Below are positions 1-9,915 of a stretch of 20,175 bases of DNA, in pieces. The notes beneath the pieces were generated by a model. The model saw nothing but the letters and a program-made list of their open reading frames with translations. It did no database searches and was not told the origin of the DNA. Each line of letters opens with the position of its first letter. Position 1 is the stretch's first letter. The position numbers and the translations under genes are program-made. The stretch comes from Octopus sinensis (taxonomy: Eukaryota): positions 1 to 20,175 of the forward strand of contig NW_021823982.1 of NCBI RefSeq assembly GCF_006345805.1, written 5' to 3'.

Positions 1-22
1 GTGAGTTCTCAAATCATTCCAG

Positions 23-2058
23 CCAGACGAGCCCTTTGCCTGGGAAGCACGTGAATTCCTCCGATCCCTCAGTCTGAATAAACGAGTGTCCGTCAAACGG
101 GAGGGAGGACTGCAGGAGACAGAACTGGTGACCCTCCACCTGGGAGGTGGGCAGAGCATCAACCAACGAGTGGTCCTGTCTGGCCTGTCATCAGTCCGTC
201 GACTGGTCGGGAAGGCGGCCGACTGGTGATGTGTGTTAATATGGCAGTGGGGAGTACAGGGCGATGCTGGCCTGTCAGGAGGAGGCCAGACAAGCCGGAC
301 GAGGTCGCTGGGGGGGTCTCTCCCAGGCGATTGTGCGGCGAGTACTGTGGGTGGTGGAGGACAGTCAGTCCTTCTTGTTGGCCAGACAAGGAAGGGACTG
401 TTCTGGTCTGATTTGGCCTGATTGGTAGGCTTGGTTGAACACGTCGTGAATGCATCCAAAATGAGAATTCTGTTGTTAGAGGACTGGCAGTATGTTTATG
501 TCACTCTCCACGGAATACGTGTGTGTAGTCCCCGACTGTTGAATGTACTGGTTTTGTACTGAGTGGGAGGAACAAGCCAAGGCGTGTATGGTCGCTCGTC
601 TTTTGCAGAGGAAGGTGACTGTCCGCTTTGCTCGGATTACCAAAAATGGCACTTTTCTTGCCACTGTTTTGCTAAATGTGTCACAGTGGCATATTTATTT
701 TAGAAAAGTGATGTAGCCATCAGTCTCCTCCAGAAAGGACTGGCTGAATCGCTATCTCCAGCCCACCCAGAGTACTCCCAAGCACAGAAGTACATTTTCT
801 GTGTGACCCACAGAATAGGCAGAGACTCCCAACTCGGAATGTGGAGTGTGACTGATAAATTGATCGATTTGACACATGTTGTTTTGGGTGGGCAATTGGT
901 AGGACATTTTTGAGGTCAAATCACTGTTTCCGCGGTTTGAGAAGATGGGGTGGTTCAAGGCGTGGATAGAACATGTCATTTACGGATCCAGTCTGACCAT
1001 TCTCACAGTGAGGGACCACTACCGAGTCAAACTGTTGCTGGACGGAGTGAGGTGTCCCAAATCCCCGGACTGTGTGAGGATGAGGGGGGTCGAGTTTGTC
1101 AGGAATTTGGTGACGAATAAGGAGGTGGACGTGAGGGTGGTTAGGGTGGATAATTATGGATTCCTTATTGGTTGGGTGAGCGTGGAAGGGAGGGGACTGG
1201 CCATGTCTTTGGTGGAGAATGGACTGGCTTTCCTCACTGCAGGCTCCGATAAAGACGAGGACATGAGGAATGCCCAAAGAGTGGCCAGAATGAAGCAACT
1301 AAATGTCCTCTCACTTATATAACCAGATCTGGGAAGATTCCCCGAAGCAGGCGGACAGAAGGATGTTGGAAATGTGTCTGTCGTACATAAAGGAGGACGA
1401 ATTCTATCTGCAGAGAGTGACGAATTGTGACCATTCTCTGTGAGTGTTGTAGTGACGGTGATTGAGGAGACCATGAGAGAGTTGAACCCCATTGACAAGA
1501 GCAAGTTCTTTTTCCTCCCTCTTGCTCAACTCACAATCAACTCTCTGTGTGTTGTGAGGGCCAGATGTGACTTGAATTGGTACCGAACGAGAGTCGAGTC
1601 GGTCGACCAGTCGACAAATGAAATGCGACTGTATTTCATCGACTATGGCTATGTCTTGGTTGTGGGTGTATTGTTAGCAGATGGACCTGCCCATGTCCAG
1701 TCATGTGCGTAGTCTGCCCACACATTTGCAGGACTATCCCCCACTGTGTGTGAAATGCAGACTGGCCTTTGTGGAGTACAATCAGACATTTGTTTCCTGT
1801 GTTGTGAGGAATATGGCCAAGGAGACTGAGGATAACTGTCTGGTTGACATTGTGGAGGAGACTGACCGAGTCACCTATGTTGTCATGTTCACTCTTCTAG
1901 AAGGGGAGAGGAGGGACTTTGGGTTGGAGATGGTCAGACTAGGACTGTGTTCTGTCAGTGTTCACATATCTCAACAGTTTGCCCACGACTACTTTCTTGC
2001 TCAGGATGAGGCTAAGGCTCATAGACTTGGAATGTGGGCATCTGCTGATTTTGAATAA
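23..2058 (+). CDS. SND1: Staphylococcal nuclease/Tudor domain protein (Tudor-SN, SND1/p100), 5'-partial, multi-exon
   Basis: Manual splicing gives SN1 PDEPFAWEAREFLR...CQEEARQAGRGRW, SN2 GLVEHVVNASKMRILLLEDWQYVYVTLHGIR...ARLLQRKV, SN4 WIEHVIYGSSLTI...LLLDGVRCP, Tudor DLNWYRTRVESVD...LYFIDYG and SN5 end AQDEAKAHRLGMWASADFE-TAA. Frame-restoring GT-AG introns: 1-22, 226-247, 406-428, 678-703, 790-813, 878-902, 1305-1326, 1427-1452, 1653-1677 (or -1680). One anomalous 8-nt gap at 521-528. Confidence 0.92.
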
Positions 2059-2064
2059 TTTTTT

Positions 2065-2070
2065 AATAAA
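2065..2070 (+). promoter_or_regulatory. Putative polyadenylation signal of SND1
   Basis: AATAAA 6 nt after the TAA stop; common by chance in AT-rich DNA. Confidence 0.45.
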
Positions 2071-2307
2071 AGATTTGCATCAAAGATAATTTGGGCCACG
2101 ATTAATTTAATTTTCAATTTGTTATCGCATCAGAAAAATTAGTTTAACAAAATTCGGACTTTAATTTTTCAAGCATTAGACCTGCCGAGATGCAAATTAT
2201 CATGTTTTGTGAAATGCAATAAACTACAGTCTCATGTAGGTAATAAGTAGTAGGTGTGTTGTACTGATATGTGTTTTAAATTTACGGGACCGTATCTTTG
2301 AGAAAAT

Positions 2308-2908
2308 ATGAGACTTTATTTTGAAGATGTTGTGAATAACGCGGATATGATGGTATTGCCCTGCAGGAATACTACTAATGCATTTCCTTCAGTTCCCGGA
2401 CTGATCCAAGGAGGAGACTCGTTCAACACAAGACATCCTTTGACGGGAGCAGGGTTGACTGTTGCTCTTTACGATGACATTCTTTTTCGAAACAGACTTG
2501 AAGGGGTTGACTTGAGTAAAAACCGGGCTTCCGTAGGAGACTTAGACATTTTCTATCAAAAAAGCCCTCAACCACTCGTTTGTGGTCAATGTCACGTCGG
2601 TTTTTGTACATATTTATAGAATTAGGAATATTTGTTCTTCTTGTATTGCGTATCTGTAAAGACAGGGGGCTGAGCCGTCTAATCTGTTTGCAATAATCTG
2701 TTGTGTCTGAATATTATAGTTCGGTGTCTTCTTTTATATTTTTTTAATCATTTTGCACTCTTGTTATTTTATTGACGAGTCTTATTTGCTGAAGTGTGCT
2801 TATTTGATTGCTCGTGATATATTTATTCATTTGATTAAGACTTGTTGGATTGTTGGTCCTCTCATTTGAAATGACATTCGAGCTATTCTGTCCATTTCAT
2901 CATTTTGA
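2308..2908 (+). pseudogene. SQLE: Squalene epoxidase (monooxygenase) C-terminal half, degraded
   Basis: GGDSFNTRHPLTGAGLTVALYD matches the SQLE motif GDAYNMRHPLTGGGMTVA. After a frameshift near 2560-2570: NHSFVVNV, CIAYL*RQG (TAA 2657-2659), HFALL and LIKTCWIVGPLI*NDIR. No N-terminal FAD-binding GxGxxG found. Boundaries approximate. Confidence 0.8.
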
Positions 2909-3239
2909 GGCTATTAATACTTTTGAATCATACTTATTTTTTAATAATAAGCTGGATTTATTTAATAGTTTTTGACGTTGGAATTGAGTAAGTAGGCAGG
3001 TGATTTGGAGAAATCATTTTATGGGATACTCGGAAAAAAGTTTATTTGCAAAAGTTAGTTGACAACTGCCGGACATGACATTATCTGACCTAAGGTTCAA
3101 AAAATCGAAATACCGCTGTTTTTACCGAAAAGTATAATTTCGTCCCATTTTTGTTTAAAACGAGTGGTTTCATGATGAGAAATCAAAGTGACTTTTGAAC
3201 AAACTGGGAAACATGATTTCAAACCCTCAATTAACATAC

Positions 3240-4030
3240 ATTATACGGATCGCAAAGACCATCTCCAATTACCATTCCAACTAAATTAATTGGCGTTGGA
3301 TTGTTCCAGTTATATTGATCTATTGCAGAAACCATTGCAGGAATATATTTTCCGGCATAAGATTCTCCAGTAATGTAAAGGGGGTTAATCCTCAATTCTG
3401 GAAAAAGCAGATAAAATTGTTGCACGAAACTAACTCGTGTCAGTTTGATAAGATTACATTGATAAACAATAACCAACTTGTTCTTCGTTTGTAAGGTAGC
3501 ACTCTGTATCTGAAAAACTAAATCCAGATCCGACCTAGAAGTAACTAATTAAAATATACAGGATTGTCGATGTAAATAACGCTAAACTCTTTTGTCCACG
3601 AAATCTCTCTTAATTTTACTGCATAATTAATTAAAAATAAATAACATTCGTCGTCTGAATTAAAAAAGTATGGACCATTTTCAACAAAAGCAGCATAAAT
3701 TGAAGAAGTTCCGGGTCCACCCTGCAACCAAACTAGAATAGGTGCTGATATGTTTCCGTTCTTTTGTGATCATAAAAATAATTAAACCTCGGCTGGAAAA
3801 TATCAGAAATATGTATTTCTTTCACATTCATTGCTTACTCTGAAAAAACCAGCGTAGAGTTCAGCATTTCCTATTATAGGTTCAACTCTGCTTAATTCCC
3901 TAGCCAATTCTCCTTGTCCATTATTTAAGTAGTCAGTAAGAATTAAAGGTTCGTCTCTTGAAATTTGAGGAGAATTTATGTAGTTACATCCAATGTAAAA
4001 TATGTTTAAAATGATGAAGAAAATTTTCAT
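3240..4030 (-). pseudogene. CPVL: Serine carboxypeptidase S10, vitellogenic-like (CPVL), 3'-truncated with an in-frame TGA
   Basis: Signal peptide, PLILTDYLNNGQGELARELSRV, YAGFFRV, WLQGGPGTSS, IYIDNP|VGSGFSF, catalytic YITGESYAGKY, IGDGLCDP. Introns 3761-3787 (27 nt), 3619-3645 (27), 3535-3559 (25), 3430-3457 (28). TGA at 3803-3805 in YF*YFPAE. No further exon recognised after the GTATGT donor at ~3239. Confidence 0.85.
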
Positions 4031-4283
4031 TTTCTAATCTTTAAAAATATTTAAAAGTTTATTTATCTTTCATACTGTTGGTATTTATTTTATTTTATTT
4101 TTATTAAATATTATAGTTAATACAATAAAATTAAAAAATGTATCGCGAGAATAATTTTCCATTATTCGGTTGTTCGGTGTTTCTGACAAAGTCTAAGAAT
4201 ATGTCTAAATAATCAACATCTCGATAAGGTCACTTTTATGCTGATTAATCCCTTTAAAATGTGTTTGTCAAAAATCGACCGGT

Positions 4284-4761
4284 TTATTTTATTTCTTGTA
4301 TTTTAGATTTCTTTGTTGCTGATCGCAATGGATATTCTTTGGAACAACCATTGCTTCTCCCGAGGCTCTCTCCGTCTTCTCAAGATCAGATTCCCGATTT
4401 TCCCGACGAGTTCGAACGATTTTTGGCTCATGACCCCGGAGGTTTCTACGGATATTGGGGAGAAGATGAAGTTGTCCAACAGGTTGGAATATTTCTGAAC
4501 TTTATGTACCTCAGCCTTCTCAGCGGCTGAGCCTGTACTGATCGCGGAGTCAACTATATTGGTCTTTGAGAAGGTGTCTGTGCACGTGGAGTCCCACGCG
4601 AGGCATTTCCCATTACTCCACGGGAAAATGGTGACTCCATCTGGGCGTTTGCCGTCTCCACGGTCAAGCCCAACGGGTTCCAGTTCTGTCGGGAATCCAG
4701 CTGCTTGTAACGCAGCCGAAATAGTCTCGTTGATAGCGGAGTGTCTGGGAGCACGGCCAGT
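4284..4761 (-). mobile_element. CRE-like non-LTR retrotransposon 3' fragment (restriction-like endonuclease domain), copy 1
   Basis: GRAPRHSAINE...EPVGLDRGDGKRPDG...WDSTCTD...KVQKY...PISVETSG...WLFQRISIAI, followed by an A-rich tail. Confidence 0.85.
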
Positions 4762-4976
4762 AAAAGATTTGTATATAAATTGGAGGGAAAGGACGTTTTT
4801 TCTATTTAAGAATTTTAATGTGGAAAAATTTCCTGATTTGATTATCCCATGCAAAAAGTCGACGACGAATTCTTGGATTTCTACCTGCTTTCATAAGAAT
4901 TTCGACACCACTGAAGAGTAATTGGTTTTTTATATCAATAAGTATAGACAAATATTCACTAAAGATAAATATACAG

Positions 4977-5702
4977 GCCCCCCCTCTTCCGAGCATCGGG
5001 ACACTACTCGACGGCGATTGCCTCAGAGTAGCTATCTCCCTCCGCCTCGGTTTGAAGATCTGCGAAATTCACAAGTGCCGCTGTGGGGCCATGATCGACC
5101 AGTACGGACTACACCCTCTTTCCTGCAGACGCAGTGCTGGGCGTGCCCCACGCCACGCTGCCCTAAATGACGTCGTCCTGAGGGGGCTCAAAGCTGCCGG
5201 AATCCCATCAATTCTCGAACCAGTTGGGCTTGCTAGGGGAGACGGAAAGAGGCCTGACGGTCTATCCACCTTCCCATTCGAGTTCGGAAAATCGCTGATA
5301 TGGGATGCAACTTGCTCAGATACTTTTTCTGAACTAAATCTTCCTCCTTCAGCTGTCGCAGCTGGCTCTGCTTCTCGCAGAGCAGAAGAATTAAAGATTT
5401 CAAAGTACACACAATCTCTCGGAACGCTATCTGTTTACCCCGATCGCCGTGGAGACCTCTGGCGTAATCGGTGACAGGTCACTCATTTTCCTCAAAAAGC
5501 TGGGTCGTCTGATTTCTCGCAAGAGAAACGACACGCGTGAGTGTGGATGGCTCCTTCAGAGGATTTCCCTTGCCATTGTACGTGGAAACTGTTTCTCCAT
5601 CTACGAGGCGGGGAAGTCCTCTTGTTAACTCTCTTTTCTCTCTGTTTTCGTTTACAGTTATTATTTTCAAAAAATAAACTCTAATTTCTAAAAAAAAAAA
5701 AA
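4977..5702 (+). mobile_element. CRE-like non-LTR retrotransposon, 5'-truncated, copy 2, with poly(A) tail and TSD
   Basis: CCHC knuckle CRCG...GLHPLSC, RHAALND, RPDG, WDATC, KISKY, VETSG, QRISLAIVRGN. AATAAA then poly(A) at 5689-5705. Flanking direct repeat AAATATACAG at 4967-4976 and 5703-5712. Confidence 0.9.
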
Positions 5703-5963
5703 AAATATACAGTCGGTTCAAAAAAAACGTGACCACTTAAAAATATGTGTTTTTCTTAATTTGTGTATCTTATTTTCAAAAATTTTAATACTAAATTAAA
5801 ATCATTTAATCTACATGATTCATTATTTATTATTTCATGATCGGCTATATTCCCAGGCTAACCAAGTATTTTAAAAAACCTTTGTTCAAAAAAAACGTGA
5901 CCACTTATTTTTGTTACACTTTTTTTTACAATTACTTGATTTTTCTTTAATTACTTGATTTTT

Positions 5964-6392
5964 CGGCGGGATTTCCTTCGGTTCTCGAACCACCGGGCCT
6001 TGATCGCGGCGACGGGGAACGTCCTGACGGGATGACCCTTTTTCCCTTTGAAGGCGGAAAAGGCCTCGTCTGAGACGCAACCTGCTGCGACACCTTTTCT
6101 GCTTCTCACTTAACTTCGTGTGCTCTGGAGGCCAAATCTGCAGCTAAGAAGGCTGAAGATTTAAAGCTTTTAAATATTCTGCCCTCTCGGAGAAGTTTTC
6201 CGTGGTGCCGATCGCGGCGGAGACGTCGGTGCTCTCGGTCCAAAAACAGAAAAGTTTCTTCGCAAGCTCGGAGCCAAAATCTCATTGCGCACCCATGATC
6301 CTCGGGAGGCGAATTGGCTAATGCAACGGTTCTCGATTGCCATCATCCGGGGAAACACTTTGGCAATCCGCCAGGCTACATACATAAACATA
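5964..6392 (+). mobile_element. CRE-like non-LTR 3' fragment, copy 3, nested in the Tc1 leader
   Basis: [54 protein letters not shown]; frameshifted; TACATACATAAACATAA tail. Confidence 0.85.
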
Positions 6393-6491
6393 ATCCTATT
6401 GAGAAATTAATTATCGATATTAAATTCAAAATTAAAAAAATTCGAAGATTTGAAGAAAAACTTTAATAAATTAATATCAAAATCCAGCACG

Positions 6492-7508
6492 ATGTCATCT
6501 CAAAGTTTCCTGATCAAAAAATATTCAATAGCGGAACAATTAAGGCGAGGATGCTCACAAAGAACAATCGCCAAAGAATTCAATGTTTCAAAATCTTTTG
6601 TGCAGCAAGTCAGCGCGAAAATGAAAAACGGAATGCCTTTTGAACGTGCCGTTGGTTCTGGTCGTCCAGAAAAACTTACTCTGGCGATTAAAAACGCAAT
6701 ATTGACGAAATATGATCAAAATCATTTTTCCACTTTACAAGAAATTGCAAATTACATTGAATCTAAGCACAATTTACGACTTTTTCGATCAACAATAAGG
6801 AATGCTTTATATTCTTTTGGACTAGAAAATCGAAAACCGTGTAAAAAACCGTTATTACGACCAGTAAACGTGTTAAAGAGAAAATTATTTGCTGAAAATT
6901 ATTTAGGGATCTCGTCTGAAGGTCTAGGCAAAATTATTTTCTCCGATGAAACAAAATTTGAGTTATTTTCAGCAAATAAAAGAAATAATGTTCGATATTT
7001 TCGCGGTGAAAGATATCATTCGGCCAACATTTTACCTACAGTTAAATTTGGAGGAGGAAGTGTTCTAGCTTGGGGCTGTATTTCGTCCAATGGAGTAGGC
7101 CGGCTCGTTTTTATTGACGGAATTATGACGGCTGCGCATTATGTGCAAATTTTAGCACAAAATTTAAACCAATCCGCCGGAGAAATGAGTTTAACTGACT
7201 TAGAGTTTATGCACGACAACGACCCAAAGCATACAGCTCGAGTCACAAGGAAATTTCTTGAAGAAGAAAAAATCAAAACAATTAATTGGCCTGCACAAAG
7301 TTCAGATCTCAATCCAATCGAGCATGTGTGGGCCTATATAAAGTTCCAGTTACGCAATATGGGAAGGCTTGATAAGGAAACTTTAAAGCAAGAAGTTTTG
7401 AAAATCTGGAACAACCTCCCCCCGGAACTAATAAGAAAATATGTTTTAAGCTTCCACAAACGAGTTCTGGAAGTATATAAGACGAAAGGGAAGCATATTA
7501 ATTACTAA
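6492..7508 (+). CDS. Tc1-family DD34E transposase, apparently intact (338 aa from the first ATG)
   Basis: N-terminal HTH, GSGRPEKL, IFSDETKF, VKFGGGSVLAWGC, HDNDPKH...WPAQSSDLNPIEHVW; 34 residues between the second D and E. Confidence 0.95.
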   Translation: MSSQSFLIKKYSIAEQLRRGCSQRTIAKEFNVSKSFVQQVSAKMKNGMPFERAVGSGRPEKLTLAIKNAILTKYDQNHFSTLQEIANYIESKHNLRLFRSTIRNALYSFGLENRKPCKKPLLRPVNVLKRKLFAENYLGISSEGLGKIIFSDETKFELFSANKRNNVRYFRGERYHSANILPTVKFGGGSVLAWGCISSNGVGRLVFIDGIMTAAHYVQILAQNLNQSAGEMSLTDLEFMHDNDPKHTARVTRKFLEEEKIKTINWPAQSSDLNPIEHVWAYIKFQLRNMGRLDKETLKQEVLKIWNNLPPELIRKYVLSFHKRVLEVYKTKGKHINY

Positions 7509-8394
7509 TCGAATTTTGGTCACGTTTTTTTTGAACAATGTTTTTTTGGAATATGTAGTTACTTTGAAAATGTAGCCGACAGTGACAAAAATAAAAATTG
7601 AAATGTGTAGATAGAAAGGTTTTAAATTTGTTATTCCTTGGAAATTTTACATAAGAATCTATAAAAATTGAAAAAAAACACATTTTCAAGTGGTCACGTT
7701 TTTTTTGAACAGACTGTATTTTATTAGCATTCGACATTTTCCATTTCTTTAGATTCGTATCAATCGGTTCTAACCTAACCAACAGACAGTGAAAAATAAT
7801 ATTGAACCCGTACGAATACCACCAGTTATTTCTCATAAACTGAATTATTGAGGAAACTTATTTTCTGATTCCTCCCAGTCTTTACTAGCTTATAAAACTG
7901 AGGTTTCTGTTGTGGAATAAAATTATTCTTTACAGAATAGAAGTTCTAGTTTTCGTACAACCAGGAGATTAACTATTTCAAACACTAATTCCTGCAAAAG
8001 TGTTCCAGTAACTTGACCTACATGACGTTCGAAGTTTTTGTGTGTTAAAAAAAGTAATTTGTATTTTTCCATAATGTTTTTAGACAAGATATCAACATGT
8101 GTGCAAAAAAATAAATTCTTTAAATTTGACAAAGTTAACATGAAAAATTAGTTTATTAACTTTTAAAAATGCATATTTATGACTTAGAATTTAGCTTAGA
8201 TCCAGAGTGATAATATTGTCCGAAGGGGAGGATGTTTTTTAATCCTTATGATGTTGTTTGTGTCATATTGTGAGTAGAGCTATCGTCGAATGATATTGTT
8301 CGAAGCCATGTTGCGTTTTGCTAATTGGAAGTTTATGGGATATTCTGTTTAAAATTAGATGTTCCATTATTTTGAAGAGTGCACAAAAGTGTGA

Positions 8395-8980
8395 TTTTTT
8401 TGAGTTAATTATGTTAATAAACGAAAAGAGTTAAATGCGCGCGGATCGACTGGCAATTCCCGCGCATGATGGCCAATGAGATCCTTTGAAAGAGTCTGAT
8501 CGACTCGTTGGGATCTTTCGTGGCAACCACGAGGTACTTGAGAATCTTTCGCTCCTCGGCCTGCCTGGAGCGTGCCCAGGATTGGCGGCGGACAGAGCGA
8601 GATTTCCCGCGAGAAAGTGTCCGAGCAGGTAGAACCCAAATAAGGGATTTCCCTGCTCGTAGGGGAAGGTGGACATGCCGTCAGGGCGTTTGCCATCCCC
8701 TCTATCCAATCCAACAGGTTCAAGGATTGACGGGATGCCTGCTGAAGCGAGGGCTCTCTGGATGACTGAGTTGAGTTCACTGTGACGGGGGCACGACCGG
8801 CACTCCGCCGGCAAGCGAGGGGATGCAACCGTACTCGTCACAGTTCCCCCACAACGGCATTTGTGCGTCTGGCAGATTTTTCAGCCCGACACGGAGGGAG
8901 ATTGCAATTCTTAGGCATTCCTTGTCACAAAGTTCCCGATGGAAAGGAGAGGGAGAGCCTTTAACCAGACACCGCTGCCT
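8395..8980 (-). mobile_element. CRE-like non-LTR 3' fragment, copy 4
   Basis: WLKALP, ICQTHKCRCG, HPLACRRSAGRAPRHSELNSV, EPVGLDRGDGKRPDGMSTFPY; several frameshifts and an internal deletion after KY. Confidence 0.85.
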
Positions 8981-9451
8981 TCACATAAATTTTGTGTAAC
9001 CGATGTGCGCAATAACAAATCTAGTTTGTTTACAGACCTGGAGTCCATTATTTCTGGATTTATAGGATTCATATTTATATTAAATTGTGTGTGATAACAT
9101 AGTAAGCATCAGTAATAATGTATGCAGCTGAATCTCCGAAATGTAATATCCGGAACTGTAACTGCAAAAAACACAACAAAAAAGAAAGAACCAAAGACAC
9201 GTGAATATTAATTTATTAACATAAAATACTTAATTCAATTTAATTAAATATTGTAATAGAGTAATTTATGCGATTTCTAGTCTCCAAGTTGCATTCTTTA
9301 GAGGAAAACTTTTAAAACTAAATCTGTGTCCCTAACCACGTCATTAATAGATTATTTTTAAAAATTAAGTGAAATTTATTTATTTATTACAAGATAATGT
9401 CATACTTTGGAGTGTAACGAAATATTTGAAAATAAAAAAATCAATTTACTA

Positions 9452-9915
9452 GTATTTAATGATGGAAAAAACAGGTAAAATGGGGAATAAGTTATACACG
9501 AATTAATAGAGAGCCTGGAGGTCAGCTCAAAGTCGCCGCACTGCGTATCGAGTGGCAGTTTCCGCGGAGCACTGCGACCGAGATTCGCTGGAAGAGCCAG
9601 CTCGTCTCCCTCCGGTCGTTGGTCTTCTTGGCGATTCTCCTGGCAATGTCGGCAAGAAGGCGAGTCGCAGACCTGCCGACAATTCCAGATGTTTCCGAAG
9701 CGAGGGGACAAACTCGTAAGAGTCCGAAATATTCCATACTTCGACCTCTTAGCCTCCTCAGCCTGAGCACTGGCGGAACCCGGGTTAGTGATGGACTTGA
9801 GTGACACCGACGCGGAGAACGAGTCAAACACAGTTGCGTCCCAATCAGGGACTTGCCTTCCTGAAAGGGAAGGTAGTCATCCCGTCAGGACGCTTTCCAT
9901 CACTCCGGCAGAGAC
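9452..9915 (-). mobile_element. CRE-like non-LTR copy 5, 3' (non-inverted) segment
   Basis: LCRSDGKRPDGMTTFPF, DATVFDSFS, AQAEEAKRSKY, PLASETSG, WLFQRISVAVLRGNCHS, then an AT-rich 3' UTR. Confidence 0.88.

Larger units (their letters stand above)
5710..7716 (+). mobile_element. Tc1/mariner DNA transposon, IR/DR type
   Basis: TA|CAGTCGGTTCAAAAAAAACGTGACCACTT ... AAGTGGTCACGTTTTTTTTGAACAGACTG|TA. Inner copies of the same motif at ~5883-5906 and ~7516-7538. Confidence 0.95.
4200..8017 (+). pseudogene. Unidentified intron-containing host gene broken by two CRE-like insertions and a Tc1 element
   Basis: Coding-like pieces at ~4200-4283, 4762-4917, 4943-4972, 7717-7756, 7786-7902 and 7936-8017. 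They are separated by GT-AG micro-introns (4918-4942; 7757-7785 with CTAAC; 7903-7935) or by TEs. The frame reads across the excised elements (YRQIFTKDKY|ILLAFDIFHFFRF|TVKNNIEPV). One join needs a 1-nt indel. No family recognised. Confidence 0.35.

Noticed and set aside
159-1504. Minus-strand and alternate-frame ORFs over SND1
   Set aside because: Shadows of the spliced plus-strand gene, with no recognisable motifs.
2985-3235. Possible transposon end truncating CPVL (similar-looking DNA at 11830-12130)
   Set aside because: No TIR partner, TSD or coding motif found in the window.
6450-6491. TTG start for the transposase given by the ORF track
   Set aside because: Eukaryotic element; the first ATG is at 6492.
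8980-9250. Possible minus-strand gene start between CRE copies 4 and 5
   Set aside because: No consistent frame or homology recognisable.
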